From the NCBI GenBank assembly GCA_951406725.2, contig OX597814.1, forward strand, positions 108,748,001 to 108,812,000: DNA of 64,000 bases, given 5' to 3'. This stretch comes from Octopus vulgaris (lineage: Eukaryota). This document shows, piece after piece, positions 27,461 through 40,712 of this stretch. Position 1 is the stretch's first letter. Each line of letters starts with the position of its first letter. The notes beneath the pieces are model-generated. The model was not told the origin of the DNA. It was given only the letters and a program-made list of their open reading frames with translations, and did not search any database. Made by a program: the position numbers and the translations under genes.

Positions 27461-28872
27461 TTTACATGGAACCAGCAGTGGTGCTTTTTACATACACACA
27501 CACACACCCCCATACATACAATGGGCTTCTATCTACCAAATCCGCTCACAAAGATTTGTTTGACTAAAGGCGGTGCTCCAGCATGGCCACAGTCAAATGA
27601 CTGAAACCAATAAAAGAATGAAAGAATGAAAGAATATGGTTTTGGGTTCACTCCTACTGCATGCCACCTTGGGCAAGTGTCTTCAACTATAGCCCATCAT
27701 CATCATTATCATCATCATCTTCCATGCTGGCATGGGTTGGGCAGTCTGACAAGAGCTGGCAAAGCCAGGAGCTGTACCAGGTTTTATAGTCTGTTTTGCC
27801 ATGGTGTCTACAGCTGGAGGCCCTTCCTAATGCCAACCACTTTCAGAGTGTACTGGATGCTTTTTACATGGCACCAGCACCAATGCTTTTTATGCGGTAC
27901 CACTACCAGTGCTTTCACTGCTGATGGTGCTCCATGGTATATAAAATATGGAGTGGGAAGATAAATGGTCTTGTGGTCAGTTTTGCATTCATAATCCTAA
28001 GATTGTGAGGTTTGAATCCTGAGCTGGACAGGGCATTGTATTCTTGAGCAAATCACTTCATTTCACTTTGTTTCAGTCCATTCAGATGTAAACAAGTTCC
28101 AGCAACAGATGGAAAGTTAACCCTGTGAAGGACTGGTATCCCATCCAAGAGGAAGCTTTGTAATTTTAGTCACTTATACACCACAGAAACCGGGTTTTAA
28201 TTTTTGGTTTTATGAGTCCTATGGCTCATGACAGACCTACTGTGTTTGGAATATATCAGTTATATGAAGAATTGTGCAGCACTGCATGTGAAGGGGACTT
28301 GAGAAAGACAGACAACAAGGAAGATTTGAGATGAAATGGGGAAGAGTCATCTTGAGATGATTGGCATGTAAAAAGCACCATCTGAACGTGGTTGATGCCA
28401 GGACCCCCTGACTGGCTCCCACACTGATTGTATGTAAAAAGCACCATCTGAACATGGTAGATGCCAGTACCCCCTGACTGACTCTCATGCCGGTGGCACA
28501 TAAAAAGAACTAACCAAATGTGATTGATGCCAGGACCATCTGACTGGCCCCCATGCCAGTGGCATGTAAAAAACACCATCTGAATGTAGTCGATGCCAGT
28601 AGCCTCTAACTAGCCTCCGTGCTGGTGGCACACAAAATGCACTATCCAAATGTGACTGATTCCAGGCTCACCAAACTGACTCTTGTGCCGATGGCATGTA
28701 AAGAGCACCCACTACACTCTCGGAGTGGTTGGCATTAGGAAGGGCATCCAGCTGTAGAAACTCTGCCAAATCAGATTGAAGCCTGGGGCAGCTTCCTGGT
28801 TTGCCAGTCCCCAGTCAAACCATCCAACCTTTGCCAGCATGGAAAACAGATGTTAAACGATGATGATGATGA

Positions 28873-28914
<42 letters not shown>

Positions 28915-28969
28915 TGTTTGTAGAAAACAAAAAACTGGAGAAGAAGCACTCTCTAAGATGTAGAGCAGT

Positions 28970-29180
28970 ATATATTAAAAATGGAGGAAGGTCAGTTTAT
29001 GGGATTACTTTAGGTTTCCCATCCATAAAGGGTTTAGCTTTATGGCTTATTGTCACACCCTAAAACCTGTTGGCCTCAGACCTTTTAGGTTTTGGGGTCT
29101 GATGATACGTCATAAAACTAAACCCTTTATGGACGGTAAACCCAGTGTAATCCCATAAACCAGCCCGCCCAATTTTTAGT
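28970..29180. repeat. Fold-back inverted repeat, Penelope-like
   Basis: GTTTATGGGATTAC..TCCATAAAGGGTTTAG mirrored by CTAAACCCTTTATGGA..GTAATCCCATAAAC. Confidence 0.8.
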
Positions 29181-29302
29181 ACACACACACACTATCAATC
29201 TGTCTATCTATCTATCTATCTATCTATCTATCAGTCTGTCTATCTATCTATCTGTCTATCTATTTATCTATCAGTCTGTCTATCTATCTATCTATCTATC
29301 TG

Positions 29303-29338
<36 letters not shown>

Positions 29339-29399
29339 CCTACCTATCTATCATTCCAGCAGGCTAGTTTTATTCACACACACACACATACATGTATGT

Positions 29400-29432
<33 letters not shown>

Positions 29433-29436
29433 CATG

Positions 29437-29467
<31 letters not shown>

Positions 29468-29988
29468 GATAGACAGATTGATAGATAGATAGATAGATAG
29501 ATAGATATATGATGTTATAGAGAAACAATAGTTAAAATTCTAAATGACTGACCTAAATAACAAATGCCTTTTACTGTTAGGACACATTAACTGTGTCTCA
29601 TTAGCTTCAATTTTCTTTTTCCTGTTGCCCTGACACATTGTACTTTCACACACACACACACACACACACATGCATATACATACACTGAATTTTCTCCTCA
29701 ACATGAAAGTAATTTTAATGAATTAAAATTTCTTGGCTTAGTTCACAACTTTAAAAACTTTTAAAACTGACCAGTGTTTAATGCAAACAGAAGAACCATG
29801 CATGAGAGAAGTCAGAAGATGGAGGATTTTTAAGAATTATCATGTGGAGCATGCTTTCCTTCCAACCATGAATGTAGTCAGAAGACGTAGCACAAGATGA
29901 TGAAATTGAGGAGGTAAAGGAATACATCTGCTTAGGATGTGCAATGAACATGTACCAAAGTATCATCATCATCATAATCATCGTTTAA

Positions 29989-31270
29989 CCCTTTCGTTAC
30001 TAACCCGGCCGTAGCCGGCCGAACAATTTTTTGGTTCAAAGTACCAACCCGGCCATACCCGGCCGTTAGAACCCATTGTTATTTAAATGTAAATTTGAAC
30101 CCAAATCTCGTTGGTACATTCGTTAAAGCATGTGATTTCACATTGTAAATAGTTAAGTTATAGTATCCGACATTGCTTGAAGTGATATCTCAACTCAGTG
30201 AATTTTGGGAGATTTTTTTCCACATGTTTTACGGCATCGATTTTTCATCAACTTTGAAAATGGATAGGAGTTTCATGTTATCAAGCATTGATTCCGAATT
30301 TAAAGCTTTGTCAACGGAAAATAGGGAGATATCGAGAAAAAGAATGAAATAGGTACTAAAGCACGTGGTGTACAAAATAATGAATATTTTTTTATCCGAA
30401 AATGAAAGCAGCGCCTTCCGAAGAAACAAAGCGGCGAAGGCGACAGCGAAGACGATTTTACATCGGAATGAAGTAAAAAAACTTTTTAAATGTTTTTATT
30501 AGCAATTTTTCTGAGGAGATAAAGTTTATCTATAGCCTTTCTTAGGAAGTGAAACCATTAGACTTTTATTTTTTTCAGTATGCTAGTTTGAAGCGATCAA
30601 TGTGGAAACAAACTTACGCAGATTGTAAACAAACCCAAAATCGGGGTTCAAAGTTTGGGAAATTTGTGAAGCAAATTACTGGGTACTGCGTGGATTTAGT
30701 TTTTATACAGGGAAAATAATGTTAGTCAGCATGGCCTAGGGAACGATGTGGTCTGGAATTTATCACTTCCATACCATAACCAGGGCCGTATATTATTTTT
30801 TGACCGATTTCTTTAGTTCGGTCAAACTTACGGTGGATTCCAATATTTCAGTTTATTCCACCTTTATGGTACACCTGTTGTGCATTACATTCAACTGATG
30901 TGCACAATTCTTCTTTATCAAAATTTTGTTGCATACCCATTTGAATATTAGCTGATGATTCATTTTCTATAGTGATGTTTAAACAAAATTTTTATTTTTT
31001 ACCTTTTGCTCAATTTAAAATTTTAATATTTTTACCTTTTGCTCAATTTACCTGGATTTACCTGTAATTAAAGTCACTTTGAGTCAAAAGTTATGCAATA
31101 AATTGATTAAGAACCCTTCCTTTAATTATGTTCCAAATATCACATTAAAATGTTGATAAGTAAAAAAGTTACAGTTATTTAATGAAACAAGCCTAAATTC
31201 ATGATTATTTTAGAATTTAATTGAAACTCATGAGGGGTGTATTTTGGTCAGAAATATAGTAACGAAAGGG
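29989..31270 (+). mobile_element. piggyBac transposon, internally deleted
   Basis: TTAA TSD at 29985 and 31271, TIR CCCTTTCGTTACTA; remnants GFKVWEICEA..GFSFYTGK and GLGNDVVWNLSLPYHNQGRILFFDRF. Confidence 0.9.
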
Positions 31271-31786
31271 TTAATGTCCGTTTTCCATGCTAGCACAGGT
31301 TGGATGGTTCAACCGGGGTCTGGGAAGCCAGGAGGCTGCACCAGGCTCCGGTCTGATCTGGCAGTGTTTCTACAGCTGGATGCCCTTCCTAACGCCAACC
31401 ACTCCGTGAGTGTAGTGGGTGCTTTTTATGTGCCACCGGCACAGGTGCCAGGGTAGGCTGGCAGTGGCCACGATCGGTTGGTGCGTTTTACGTGCCACCG
31501 GCACAGAAGCCAGTCAAGGTGGTGCTGGCATTGGCCACATTCGGATGGTGCTTTTTACCTGCCACCGGCACAAGTATCACAACTACGATTTCCATTGATA
31601 TTTATTTTGATGTTGATTTACCCTCACCATAATGCGATTCACCTATCGCAGTTAGTTTATTATTCAAGCTTATGTTGATTCCTCCGAGGCGTTGTTTTGC
31701 ATTTATAATGAAATAAATATGGATACTAGAATCTCAAAGAGGATAAGGATAGGATGGAAGGCATTTAATTCAATAAAGGACGTTTT

Positions 31787-32231
31787 AGTAATGGAAGGTA
31801 AAGTTTACGATATTGGAAGAATATTATCTCCTTCCATCATCCTTGTTCTTCATGTAGTTCAGGCTTTCGGCAGGTGAAGAGAAAAGAATTCAAGTACAAC
31901 TGCTATTTACAACTGGTGTATTTACAGGAAAGGTGAAGTGTGCTGCTCTCAGCTACCATCTTAAGCTCCGATAGTGTGGGCGCATTGCCTCTGGAGATAG
32001 ACAGGCAGAAAATCTCTGCCAGTGGTTGTGTTCAGCCAGTGCTGCTGTGTAGTGGCACCAAAGAAGAGAAATTTGAAGAGGGTTTTCCCTTTATATAGTT
32101 TTCTCCAATGCGAGCCTTGTGATCTCGAGCATCGCAAATGGATGCAGACGTGGTCGTGATCCAGTCTCAGAGATGGCAATGGCTGCTGTGAGATCTCATC
32201 CAATATGGCGCTGACTGCTTGTGCCGCTACA
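31787..32231 (-). mobile_element. Probable solo LTR
   Basis: About 445-bp block interrupting the RTE frame; minus strand starts TGTAGCGG, has CTATATAAAGGG and ends CCATTAC; TSD imperfect. Confidence 0.45.
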
Positions 32232-34149
32232 ATGTGTTCCGATCAAAGCTAGACAATGCCTTACATGCCAGACTCTTCAAAAGCACCATCCTACCTGTGT
32301 TCTCATTCACAAGTGAGATGTGGCCTACTACAAAGGGGATAAAATTATCAATTGGTTACACTGTAAAAGGCCATGGAAAGGTCTTTGCAAAGAATATCAT
32401 TAAGTCATTTGTGCCGAAATTTTTCTAGTGAATGAAATTGCCTGAAAATTCTTGGATAACACGTGGAGGGGGGGGGGCAGAATGCATGGGCAACTGCTGG
32501 TCTTCCATAAACGACCTTGCCTGGACTTGTGCCTGGGAGGGTAACTTTCTAGGTGCAATCCAATGGTCAGTCATGACCGAAGGGGATCTCAACAAATAAC
32601 AACTGAAAAGAAATTTCATTGAAATCCATTTGATACAGACTGCATATGCATTAAGGACATGTTACATTCTTTGATACAGATCATACACAAATCACAATTT
32701 GTATCAAGTATTTGTTTTTACCCTTACAAATTAAGGATCAGTTTAAACAGACGTTTGGCATGAATGGGTTAAGAGATCAGATTTGAAATGAGATATTTCA
32801 AGATTGGATCAGAGTGAACAATGTGATCACAGAGTACCAAAAGCACAAGTTCCGCAGGGCCAGACACGTCACTAGATACACAGACAACTGATGGACATGT
32901 GCAGTTGTCAAGAGGTATCCAAAAGATGAGAAAAAACCACTTGGAAAGTTTCCATGGTAATGGGAAGAAGATTTAGTCAAGCAATTTAGGTCAAGATGGA
33001 AAAGAATGATGCAGTTAAGACAGAATTGGAAGTGCATTGTGACCAGTGGTGTATAACAACATCTGACATGACTGCTTGTCACTCATGTAGTTGGGAAGCA
33101 AACTTCTTACTACTTGGCCGTGCCAGTGAGCATAATATTTCTTCAAAAATTCCATGCTTCCTGAAATTCATTGACACTTCTCTTGATGTGCCTATCCACC
33201 TTTTCTGCTTTAAGATTCTTTTAATGCTCTCTTTTCTGTCTTTTTGTATTTTATTTTCTGTACTGTGAATGTACCTTTTAGCTTTCATTGCAGTCTTTCA
33301 TTACCAGACTTATTATATGTCTGCGTTCTATCCCTTCTTTTAATCTTTTCTGATGAGCAGCAGTGCACCTGAGTGCTTTATACAATAAGCTCATTATTAT
33401 TTTCTTCTTTCAAAAGGCAAAGACTTACCAGCTGTGGTCATCCCTTCTCTCTCTCCCTTCTTCCGTCTTTTTCTAACTCTCTTCAAATAATTTATTTATT
33501 ACATTATGCATAATATTTTTGTGCTAAAATATCAAAGTATTGAGAGAGATTTAGTTGTTATTTCTAGTAGCTCAGTTGGCCGTATAGAGACACTTTGTGT
33601 AGTCGTTTCGAAAGTAAACAGACTTAAAAGTGATTATTCTTCAATAATTCTTTAATAATTTCATTGAACTTTGAAAAAAAATACAAATAATTGCATTTTG
33701 TTTTATAATTATTCATATTTTGTTGATATTTACTAAAAAAACAAAGGACAGAGCCAGACAATCACTGCAACATATTTTCATTTCGAAATAATAATACATC
33801 AATGACAATATTAAAGATTGAGGTATTTCAAGAAAATTTGATTGAATATAGTTGAGACAGTTGAGATAATGGCTTGCTGGCTAAGTTTACCTTTTGTGGG
33901 GGTCAAAATAAAGTACCTGTCATGGATTAAGGATTGATGTATCTCATGTATTCCCTGACCCCAAAAGATTTTGTCTATTTAATTCAGTCTCATTGAGTTG
34001 GGATTACAATCCATCCAGACGGGATCAAATTAGCCTGATAAAGCTTTGTTGCCAAAAGAATTTGCCATCTCAGTTACATAAATGATATTCTCTATCTCTC
34101 CTCAGTCTACTTTCTGTCCATACTTGTTCTTCCGTTTCTTTCATTTTTA

Positions 34150-34860
34150 AAATTTTTTTTCGAGCAACGAAGCTCTAATTCTGTGGAGATGGTTGATTTG
34201 TTAGTTCTAGAGAAGTGAAGACGGACTCCGTTTGGAGACAATACCGTTTAAACAACCTGATCGATCTATTCGATCAATATTCGAAGTCTCGTTTGACTTT
34301 GCAAGCGATAAATTTTCTGGAGATAGGTCTTTAAGTACTCCCTATTCTCTAGTGTGCAAATGAGGAAATGTATATGCCTTTCTGACTAAATTTTATTATT
34401 ATTATCCATTTATATTTGCAAATTATATTCTTAGCAAAAAAAAAAAAAATGAATAAAGGTAGTATGGCGATTTCACTTTCGGATTTTTTTCAATTCAGTT
34501 TTATAATAAATATATTTTATATCATTGGTTTTGTTTTATTTTCTATTGATTGATTTATTTGTTTCAATATAAAATAAAACTGAATTTCTTTTTACAATTT
34601 ATTCACCAAAAATTATGATTTTTTACGATTATTACCGAAGTACGTTTTACGAAATAGATTTTCTTTTTCAACTTTTTACATTTTAACTAATAATATTAAT
34701 CTTTTAACATCAAACTATTATTCTATTCTCAAACAAAAAAATACAGATAGTGTCTTAATTTGACAGTTTATTTGATATATGATAATTTTTTTGTCAATTT
34801 AAATCATTGCTTTCGTCTCCATTCATAATCAGACGACAGGTTCATGGCGGCGTAAGTTGA
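34150..34860 (+). promoter_or_regulatory. Putative unmethylated promoter and first-exon donor
   Basis: CpGs are retained relative to the paralogous copy; CATGGCGGC (ATG at 34844, YY1-like) is followed directly by GTAAGT at 34852. Confidence 0.4.
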
Positions 34861-34990
34861 AACAACAGTTCTAATGCTTAGACTTTAATTATTATTATTT
34901 TGCTTAAAACCCTCACATTAAATTTAACAACGTTGAGCTTTGATTCAATTAGTATCAAAAAATATATTATTTACTTTCTTTATAGAATAT

Positions 34991-35141
34991 TTGGCAGAGA
35001 TAAAGAATACGTACACCATCCGTTTTCGGCGTAACAAAAACACTAACCCTGACCCTAATCCTAAACCCGACCCTAATCCCAAACCCTTACTCTAACCCCT
35101 AATCTTAACCACCGGTTATACGTATTCTTTACTTTCACCGA
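34991..35141. mobile_element. 151-bp MITE containing degenerate (CCCTAA)n
   Basis: TIRs TTGGCAGAGATAAAGAATACGTA / TACGTATTCTTTACTTTCACCGA, ATAT duplication, empty site in the paralogue near 41530. Confidence 0.8.
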
Positions 35142-35816
35142 ATATTTATATAATTCGAGAAAGTTGGACGTTGAGGACATTGCGCTGTTAAGAGCTTCCA
35201 TGCCTCCCATAATTCACCGACATTGCCCCTGACTTAACCATTCTTTCATCTTCATGACTCTTAATGCTCACTTTCCTTTCTTTTTATGTTTTATTCTATG
35301 TATTGTGTATATACTTTTTAGCTTCCGTTGATGTCTGCTTTCTCTTCTTTTAACCCTTTTTTTAAAACACTTTGCAAGAAGCTCCTTGTTATTATATTCT
35401 TTGGAAAGTGTTATTTAAGCTCCTTCTCCAGCAGAACTATTTATATCAATAAAGACGTTCCAGCCGTGGTCATCTCTTCTTTTTTCTTTATCTCTCTCTC
35501 TTTTTTTTTTTGCGAATATTTAAGTTAGAACAACCTTATACATATCTTATTTTCTAAAATAGTAATGTATAATTTTAGGGAGATTTAGTTGTTATTTTTA
35601 GCAGCTTGTGTAGTCCTTTTGAAAATAAAGAGATTAAAACTGATTATTTTTCGGTGATACTTTTAGTTGTTTCATTGAACTTTGAAGGAAAAATACGAAT
35701 AATTACATTTCATTTTATATCTATTCATATTTAGTTGAATTAAAAAAAAAAAACAATCAACTGAAGATTTTATTATTGCCCATAGAGTTTAAATGTGTTG
35801 GGCTTTTTATAAATAA

Positions 35817-36328
35817 CTAGCAGTATCGCCCGGCGTTGCTCGGGTTTGTAAGGGAAATAACTATATAAGCATTTTTAGAGAGTTACTTCCCTTATAGATG
35901 CCAATTCGGGCTTTCTTAGCCATTTCTGTTTTGGTGTTTTCAAGCCATGAAGTCGTTGTTCTAAAAGAACGCTGGTCTCCTTGACAACGCTTTACGACGT
36001 TGATTTCCTTACACTCCCTTCCCCACAGCTTCACGAGGGAGGGAAGAAGAGGGGGAGCAAACAGGTGCAGATGTGAGCGTGGACGCCAACTCCGCCGCCA
36101 TCGACACACGAAAAATTATGCATTAAAATGGAATAAAAAATGATGTTAAATTATTTTTAAAATCGTAGACTCATCGTAGACGCGCGCTAATACCCAGACG
36201 GGCTCGATATGAATCACGACTATAAGATACCCGAATTTGGTTAAACTGCACCGCAAAATGTGGGAGTAGTTAGGAATCTAAATCGAAGGGGACAGACACT
36301 CACACAACTACAGTTTTATATATATAGA
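35817..36328 (-). mobile_element. Non-autonomous Helitron
   Basis: TC start; 3' CCCGAGCAACGCCGGG hairpin plus CTAG. Confidence 0.8.
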
Positions 36329-36374
36329 TATACATCAACAATTACACTACGTACAAATTCTATTTTATTACATA

Positions 36375-36767
36375 CTAGCAGTATCGCCCGGCGTTGCTCT
36401 GGTTTGTTTCGACCCTTTAGAATTGGAATTTTTGAAAAGTAAAAATTTTGCCTTATGTAGCTTGTTTTTCTCTTTAAGTGAATATTTTTCTGGTTGAAAT
36501 ACACCGAAAAATGGCGACACAGCAGTAAAAAAAATCGTAAAAAATAAGGATTTTCATAGAAAAAAAGCACCTTTTTGATGTAAATAATTTTTGGTGTTAA
36601 CATGGTCCGATTTGAATTTTTTCTTCTACGGAAGAAAGAGCAAGCCTTCTTCTATCATACTCTCAATTTTGGTCAACTTGCACTGCAGGGTCTCGGAGGA
36701 GATAGTGTTAGTTGAAGGCTACCAAACCTGCCATACACAGACAACTTCAGCTTTATATATATAGAGA
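36375..36767 (-). mobile_element. Non-autonomous Helitron
   Basis: Same 3' terminus, different body. Confidence 0.8.
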
Positions 36768-36789
36768 TTTAACACGTATGCATATGATA

Positions 36790-39700
36790 TAATACATATG
36801 TAATACAAAACCACATTTAAAATACAAATCCCAAACCGAAGAAAACACAACTATGAGAGAAAAAAGGAAAATGAAAAGGAGAAAAAAGAGGAAGGAAGAA
36901 AGAAAAATCCTTCAATCAACACCAGGTGCCTCAATGGGTTGCAACCACGAGGTTCAACGGAACCTACTGAAGCAAGCGAATATGCATTACCACGGACGAT
37001 GGCGGGGCCAAGGCGTTGGAACAGTCAAGTACCCTCATGGGTAAGGCAAGATGCCAACAATAACGAGAACTTGGTTGTTAATGGCCCAGCCCCTCCAAAC
37101 GTCTCCAACACCACAGGCTGGAAGGGGTGGTTCACTGACAGGTCCTGGTACTTCAGAATTTTATTCCTTTCAGCTATGGATGCAGTGATCCTCCCATTTA
37201 CTGCAGCATCCAGGATGTGAGATGGAGCAAAGGAGTCACAGACTGTGGCATCCCAGATGAAGCACCTACCTGTTATCCAGGGACAGAGGGTAAGACCATC
37301 TAGTCTCTTCCTATCACTTCTGGATAATCCCACTGGCTCTAAAACTGAGGGGATATTAACCTGAGCCAAGACCTACTTAGTAATGAAGTTTAGCTCAGTG
37401 TGACGAATGAAACAACCAACATTTAGATGGCAAGACAAGCCATGAAGGCCTGTGGAGTTGAGAGGCCCACTACAGCAACATCTCAATCCTCCACAAATGT
37501 TGGTTCCCACTCTGAGTGCAATGGAGATGTGGAGCTCATCCAGACTCAACAGACCACCAATGTTGGCCACAGGCAGGACATCAATCCAGTCCCCTGACAA
37601 TATCACACTTGTAGAAAGTAGGCAACACCTTGAAAATTGATCTGATTGATCAAAGAGTTGAATTCATGCACGTAATCTTCAGCTGCCTTTATGTCAGAGC
37701 TTGCTGCTTCTCCATACCTGACGGTTCTATGAACAACAGTCTTCTTGAAATTATCAAACCAGCCATAACTGGCCTTAAATGCATCTGTTGATGGCTCCTC
37801 CATTGATATTCCTGGGTTCTGCTTCAGGAGATCCCCATACAGCGCTCATGCTTTCTTGCAGATGATGGTCTCCCTAATCATACCCCCTGCGAGTTGCTTC
37901 TCGTTGACCCACAATTTTTCCATCCTTGTATATTGCTTAGAGACCCTAGATACATCTTTTGCTGTTGTAATGGCCTTGATCTCGTCCGTTTTCTTCAGGA
38001 TGGTGCAGATCGTCAACATGCTTCTGTCATATTGACATGTTATGTCCACTACACACACTTCTCTCTCATGTTTATCAATGATTTCCTTCTTTAGTTATAT
38101 TGCAATCAATTTTTTCTTCTCCTCAGCACTGCCCTTTGCATAAATCTTCGGAGGACCCATGGCTAACACAACTAATTGTTTTACAATAATAGCAAAATAT
38201 GCACAAAACTGGGAAAAACACAAGAGGGATGCTGCCACAATGAGATAAACACGTGAACTGAGCAAGCGGAGACTGATCTTGTTGGGAGAGTGTGTGTGAG
38301 CTCAGCACTGACTAGCAATTGCTTGTATGAATCTCACTCGTACTGCAGATTTCTGCTCGTACTTCAAGACAAAAATTCACATGAGCCTCGGCTTATACAG
38401 TAAATTACTTGTACAATGGTGCAATCATACTGCAAGGTTCTGCTGTAGTTGCTCAAGGTTACCATCTTAGATCAAAAGATGAACTTAAAAGTTCAGTCTG
38501 TAAATGCGGCTCTAAGAGAGCACCATGACAATGAGAAAGGAACTGTGATAGAGGAGAAGGAATCTGCAAGCAGGTTTACAGTGTGCTGATGTGAAGCTGG
38601 ACGGTTGAGGAGCCAGAGCTCATATTTAGATCTGTTGATGTTAAGGCCTCTATGACCAAGTTCTTCAATCATCATCCTTGTAGTTGCAAGGCCTCTCCTC
38701 ACAAAAAAAGCATTATCAAGACACCAGGCATTCAAGTCCAAGTCAGCTCCCATCTTGATAATGTCATCAATCACTGGTGAAAATAGAGCAGGTCCAAGAG
38801 CATCATCCTGATTACTTACTTGTAATTGTGACGGCGTTCACTCAGGGCGGGTTGAGCCAGCTTCTTCTCTGGTCTTGACAGCATCACAAACCATGGTGGC
38901 TCACGCTCGTTGGTCCTGTGCGAGGTCACTAGAGATAGCGAGCAATTCACGGTTCCATCTGCACAGACTGACCACCTGTGGACCTGAGAGTTCGGGGAGG
39001 TCCTCCTTTATCGTCAATGCCCAGGTCTTCAGCTGCCTGCCTGTGCATTTGCGCCTGTTGGGAAGTGGAGGTGGGAGGAGGACATCATGAATCAGCTCAC
39101 CCTCTGGACACCGGGCCGCATGACTGAACTCGGTGGATCGGGAAGCCCTCTGGTGTATTATGCAGGTGGATGGTATCCCTGTGAAGCTGCTAAATCATCC
39201 TGATGGACTCCAAAGGCAGATCAAAGAAGAGGCTGGATGGCTCCTGATAAGCTTGCCTATCAAAGTGGTAGAGCTATGGGACATTCCCCCTTACTGCATG
39301 GAGGATGACATTCCAGCAGATAGAATTGAAGGCATTCCTGAGATCTAGTTTGAGAATGACCTTTGGAGTCTTAGAAGAAGGCAAATTGGTGAAAACTTGT
39401 GGCATGACCTGCATCCTCACAACCTAGCTTTGTACCAATCCCTAACTAAATAGGAGAAAATTTGGTAGACAAGCAGTTTGGACCTGAGGACAGACACACT
39501 TTTGCTGTGGGCTGTCACAGAGTACACCCAACTGTTATGGAGCAAAGGTCACTGTTGGGCTTTGTGAGATCAAATAGTTTAACGCCAAAGAACAGGGGGA
39601 AAATGTAGGGAAGAACACTTTCAGACAAGGACATGTTGATGAACTGGATTAGGTTTTCCAAGAACTCAAGACTGGCACCTGGCTGACAGGGAGATACCAT

Positions 39701-39850
39701 TTTTTAGATGCTGAGTTTGTAGACCATCAAGCCCAGCATCAGAACTTGCAGGAAAGGATGCAGCCATCTTCCTGATATTGTCAGAGGAGAAAGAAGATTG
39801 TAAAAAAAACCCTGATAGATTGGGCCAATGATGGATAAGGCCAAACATTC
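36790..39850 (-). mobile_element. Fragmented CRE-clade non-LTR retrotransposon
   Basis: AGLDGLQTQHL, FFGVKLFDLTKP..ITVGCTL, QDDALGPALFS..LNAWCLDN, zinc knuckle GLHGLSC..RH, endonuclease EPVGL..RLDGLT..WDATVCD..KILKY..FQPVVLETFG. Confidence 0.85.
37605..38445 (-). mobile_element. Tigger/pogo transposon 5' part nested in the CRE element
   Basis: CENP-B-like HTH: MEKLWVNEKQLAG..TIICKKA, FKASYGWFDNFKK..GEAASSDIKAAEDY; CAG-starting terminus next to TA. Confidence 0.85.
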
Positions 39851-40712
39851 ATGGTAAAATGTTTTTATTTGGAAATAATATGTTAATGACAATCTTTTTG
39901 ATTAATGATTGAGATATTTTAATAATATTTGGTAAAATGTAGTTGAGACAGTTGTGATAATAATCATTGGATAAGTTTACCTTCCATCTTTCTGAGCAGT
40001 AGGGCTAAAATAAAGTACCAGTTATGTACTGAGGTAAACATATTCCCTTTTACCCCAACTCCAGAAGATTATGGTATGGTCTTGTATCTATGAGAAATAT
40101 GATATAGAATAAAACATAAATAATGACATAAAATATATTTATTACAATAACTGAATTGAAAAAAATTCTGAAAATGAAACAGTCATGAAATCTCTAATAT
40201 ATATTTTAAGACTGTGTGTTTTAATTGTACCTTACAATAGGGAAAACTGGAAGCCCTATCTCCAGTATATATTGTACTCACAAAGTAAAGTGAGACTTTG
40301 AATACTGATTGATCGATCAGATTGTTTCAATGGTAAATTGTCCCCAAACTCTTTGAATTGATCTACCTTTTCTCTAGAGCTAACAAATCAAACACCTTCA
40401 GAGAATTAGAGCTTCAGCCATTTGGAGCTAATCCATATTAGAAAACATGAGTTCATTGCTCCGCAAAGAAGAGGAGCAAGCAGGAACAGAAAGGAAATTT
40501 GGGAGAGATAGAGAATAACATTTATGTAACCCCAAATTCTTTGGACAGGCAAAGTTGATCTTGTCTGGATGGATTTTAATCCAGACTTAATGATTGAGAT
40601 CTTTTTTAAATTCTTCTAACTACTTTTAAAAGTCTGGTGAAAATATAAAATAATTCGTGGTTGGAAAAATTTTAAAAAGATCCTATTTATTTGCTTTTTT
40701 TTTTTTTTTTTT

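Larger units (their letters stand above)
29870..33060 (+). mobile_element. Old RTE LINE 3' portion split by nested insertions
   Basis: Collinear pieces EIEEVKEYICLG, ISKRIRIGWKAFNSIKDVL, ARLFKSTILPVFSFTSEMW and a C-terminal piece near 32850-32970. Confidence 0.6.

Noticed and set aside
33980-34350. Possible 7SK, U3 or telomerase RNA
   Set aside because: No diagnostic boxes, 5' motifs or template could be matched by eye.
35040-35110. Interstitial telomere from a chromosome fusion
   Set aside because: It is short, degenerate and enclosed by TIRs, with an empty paralogous site.
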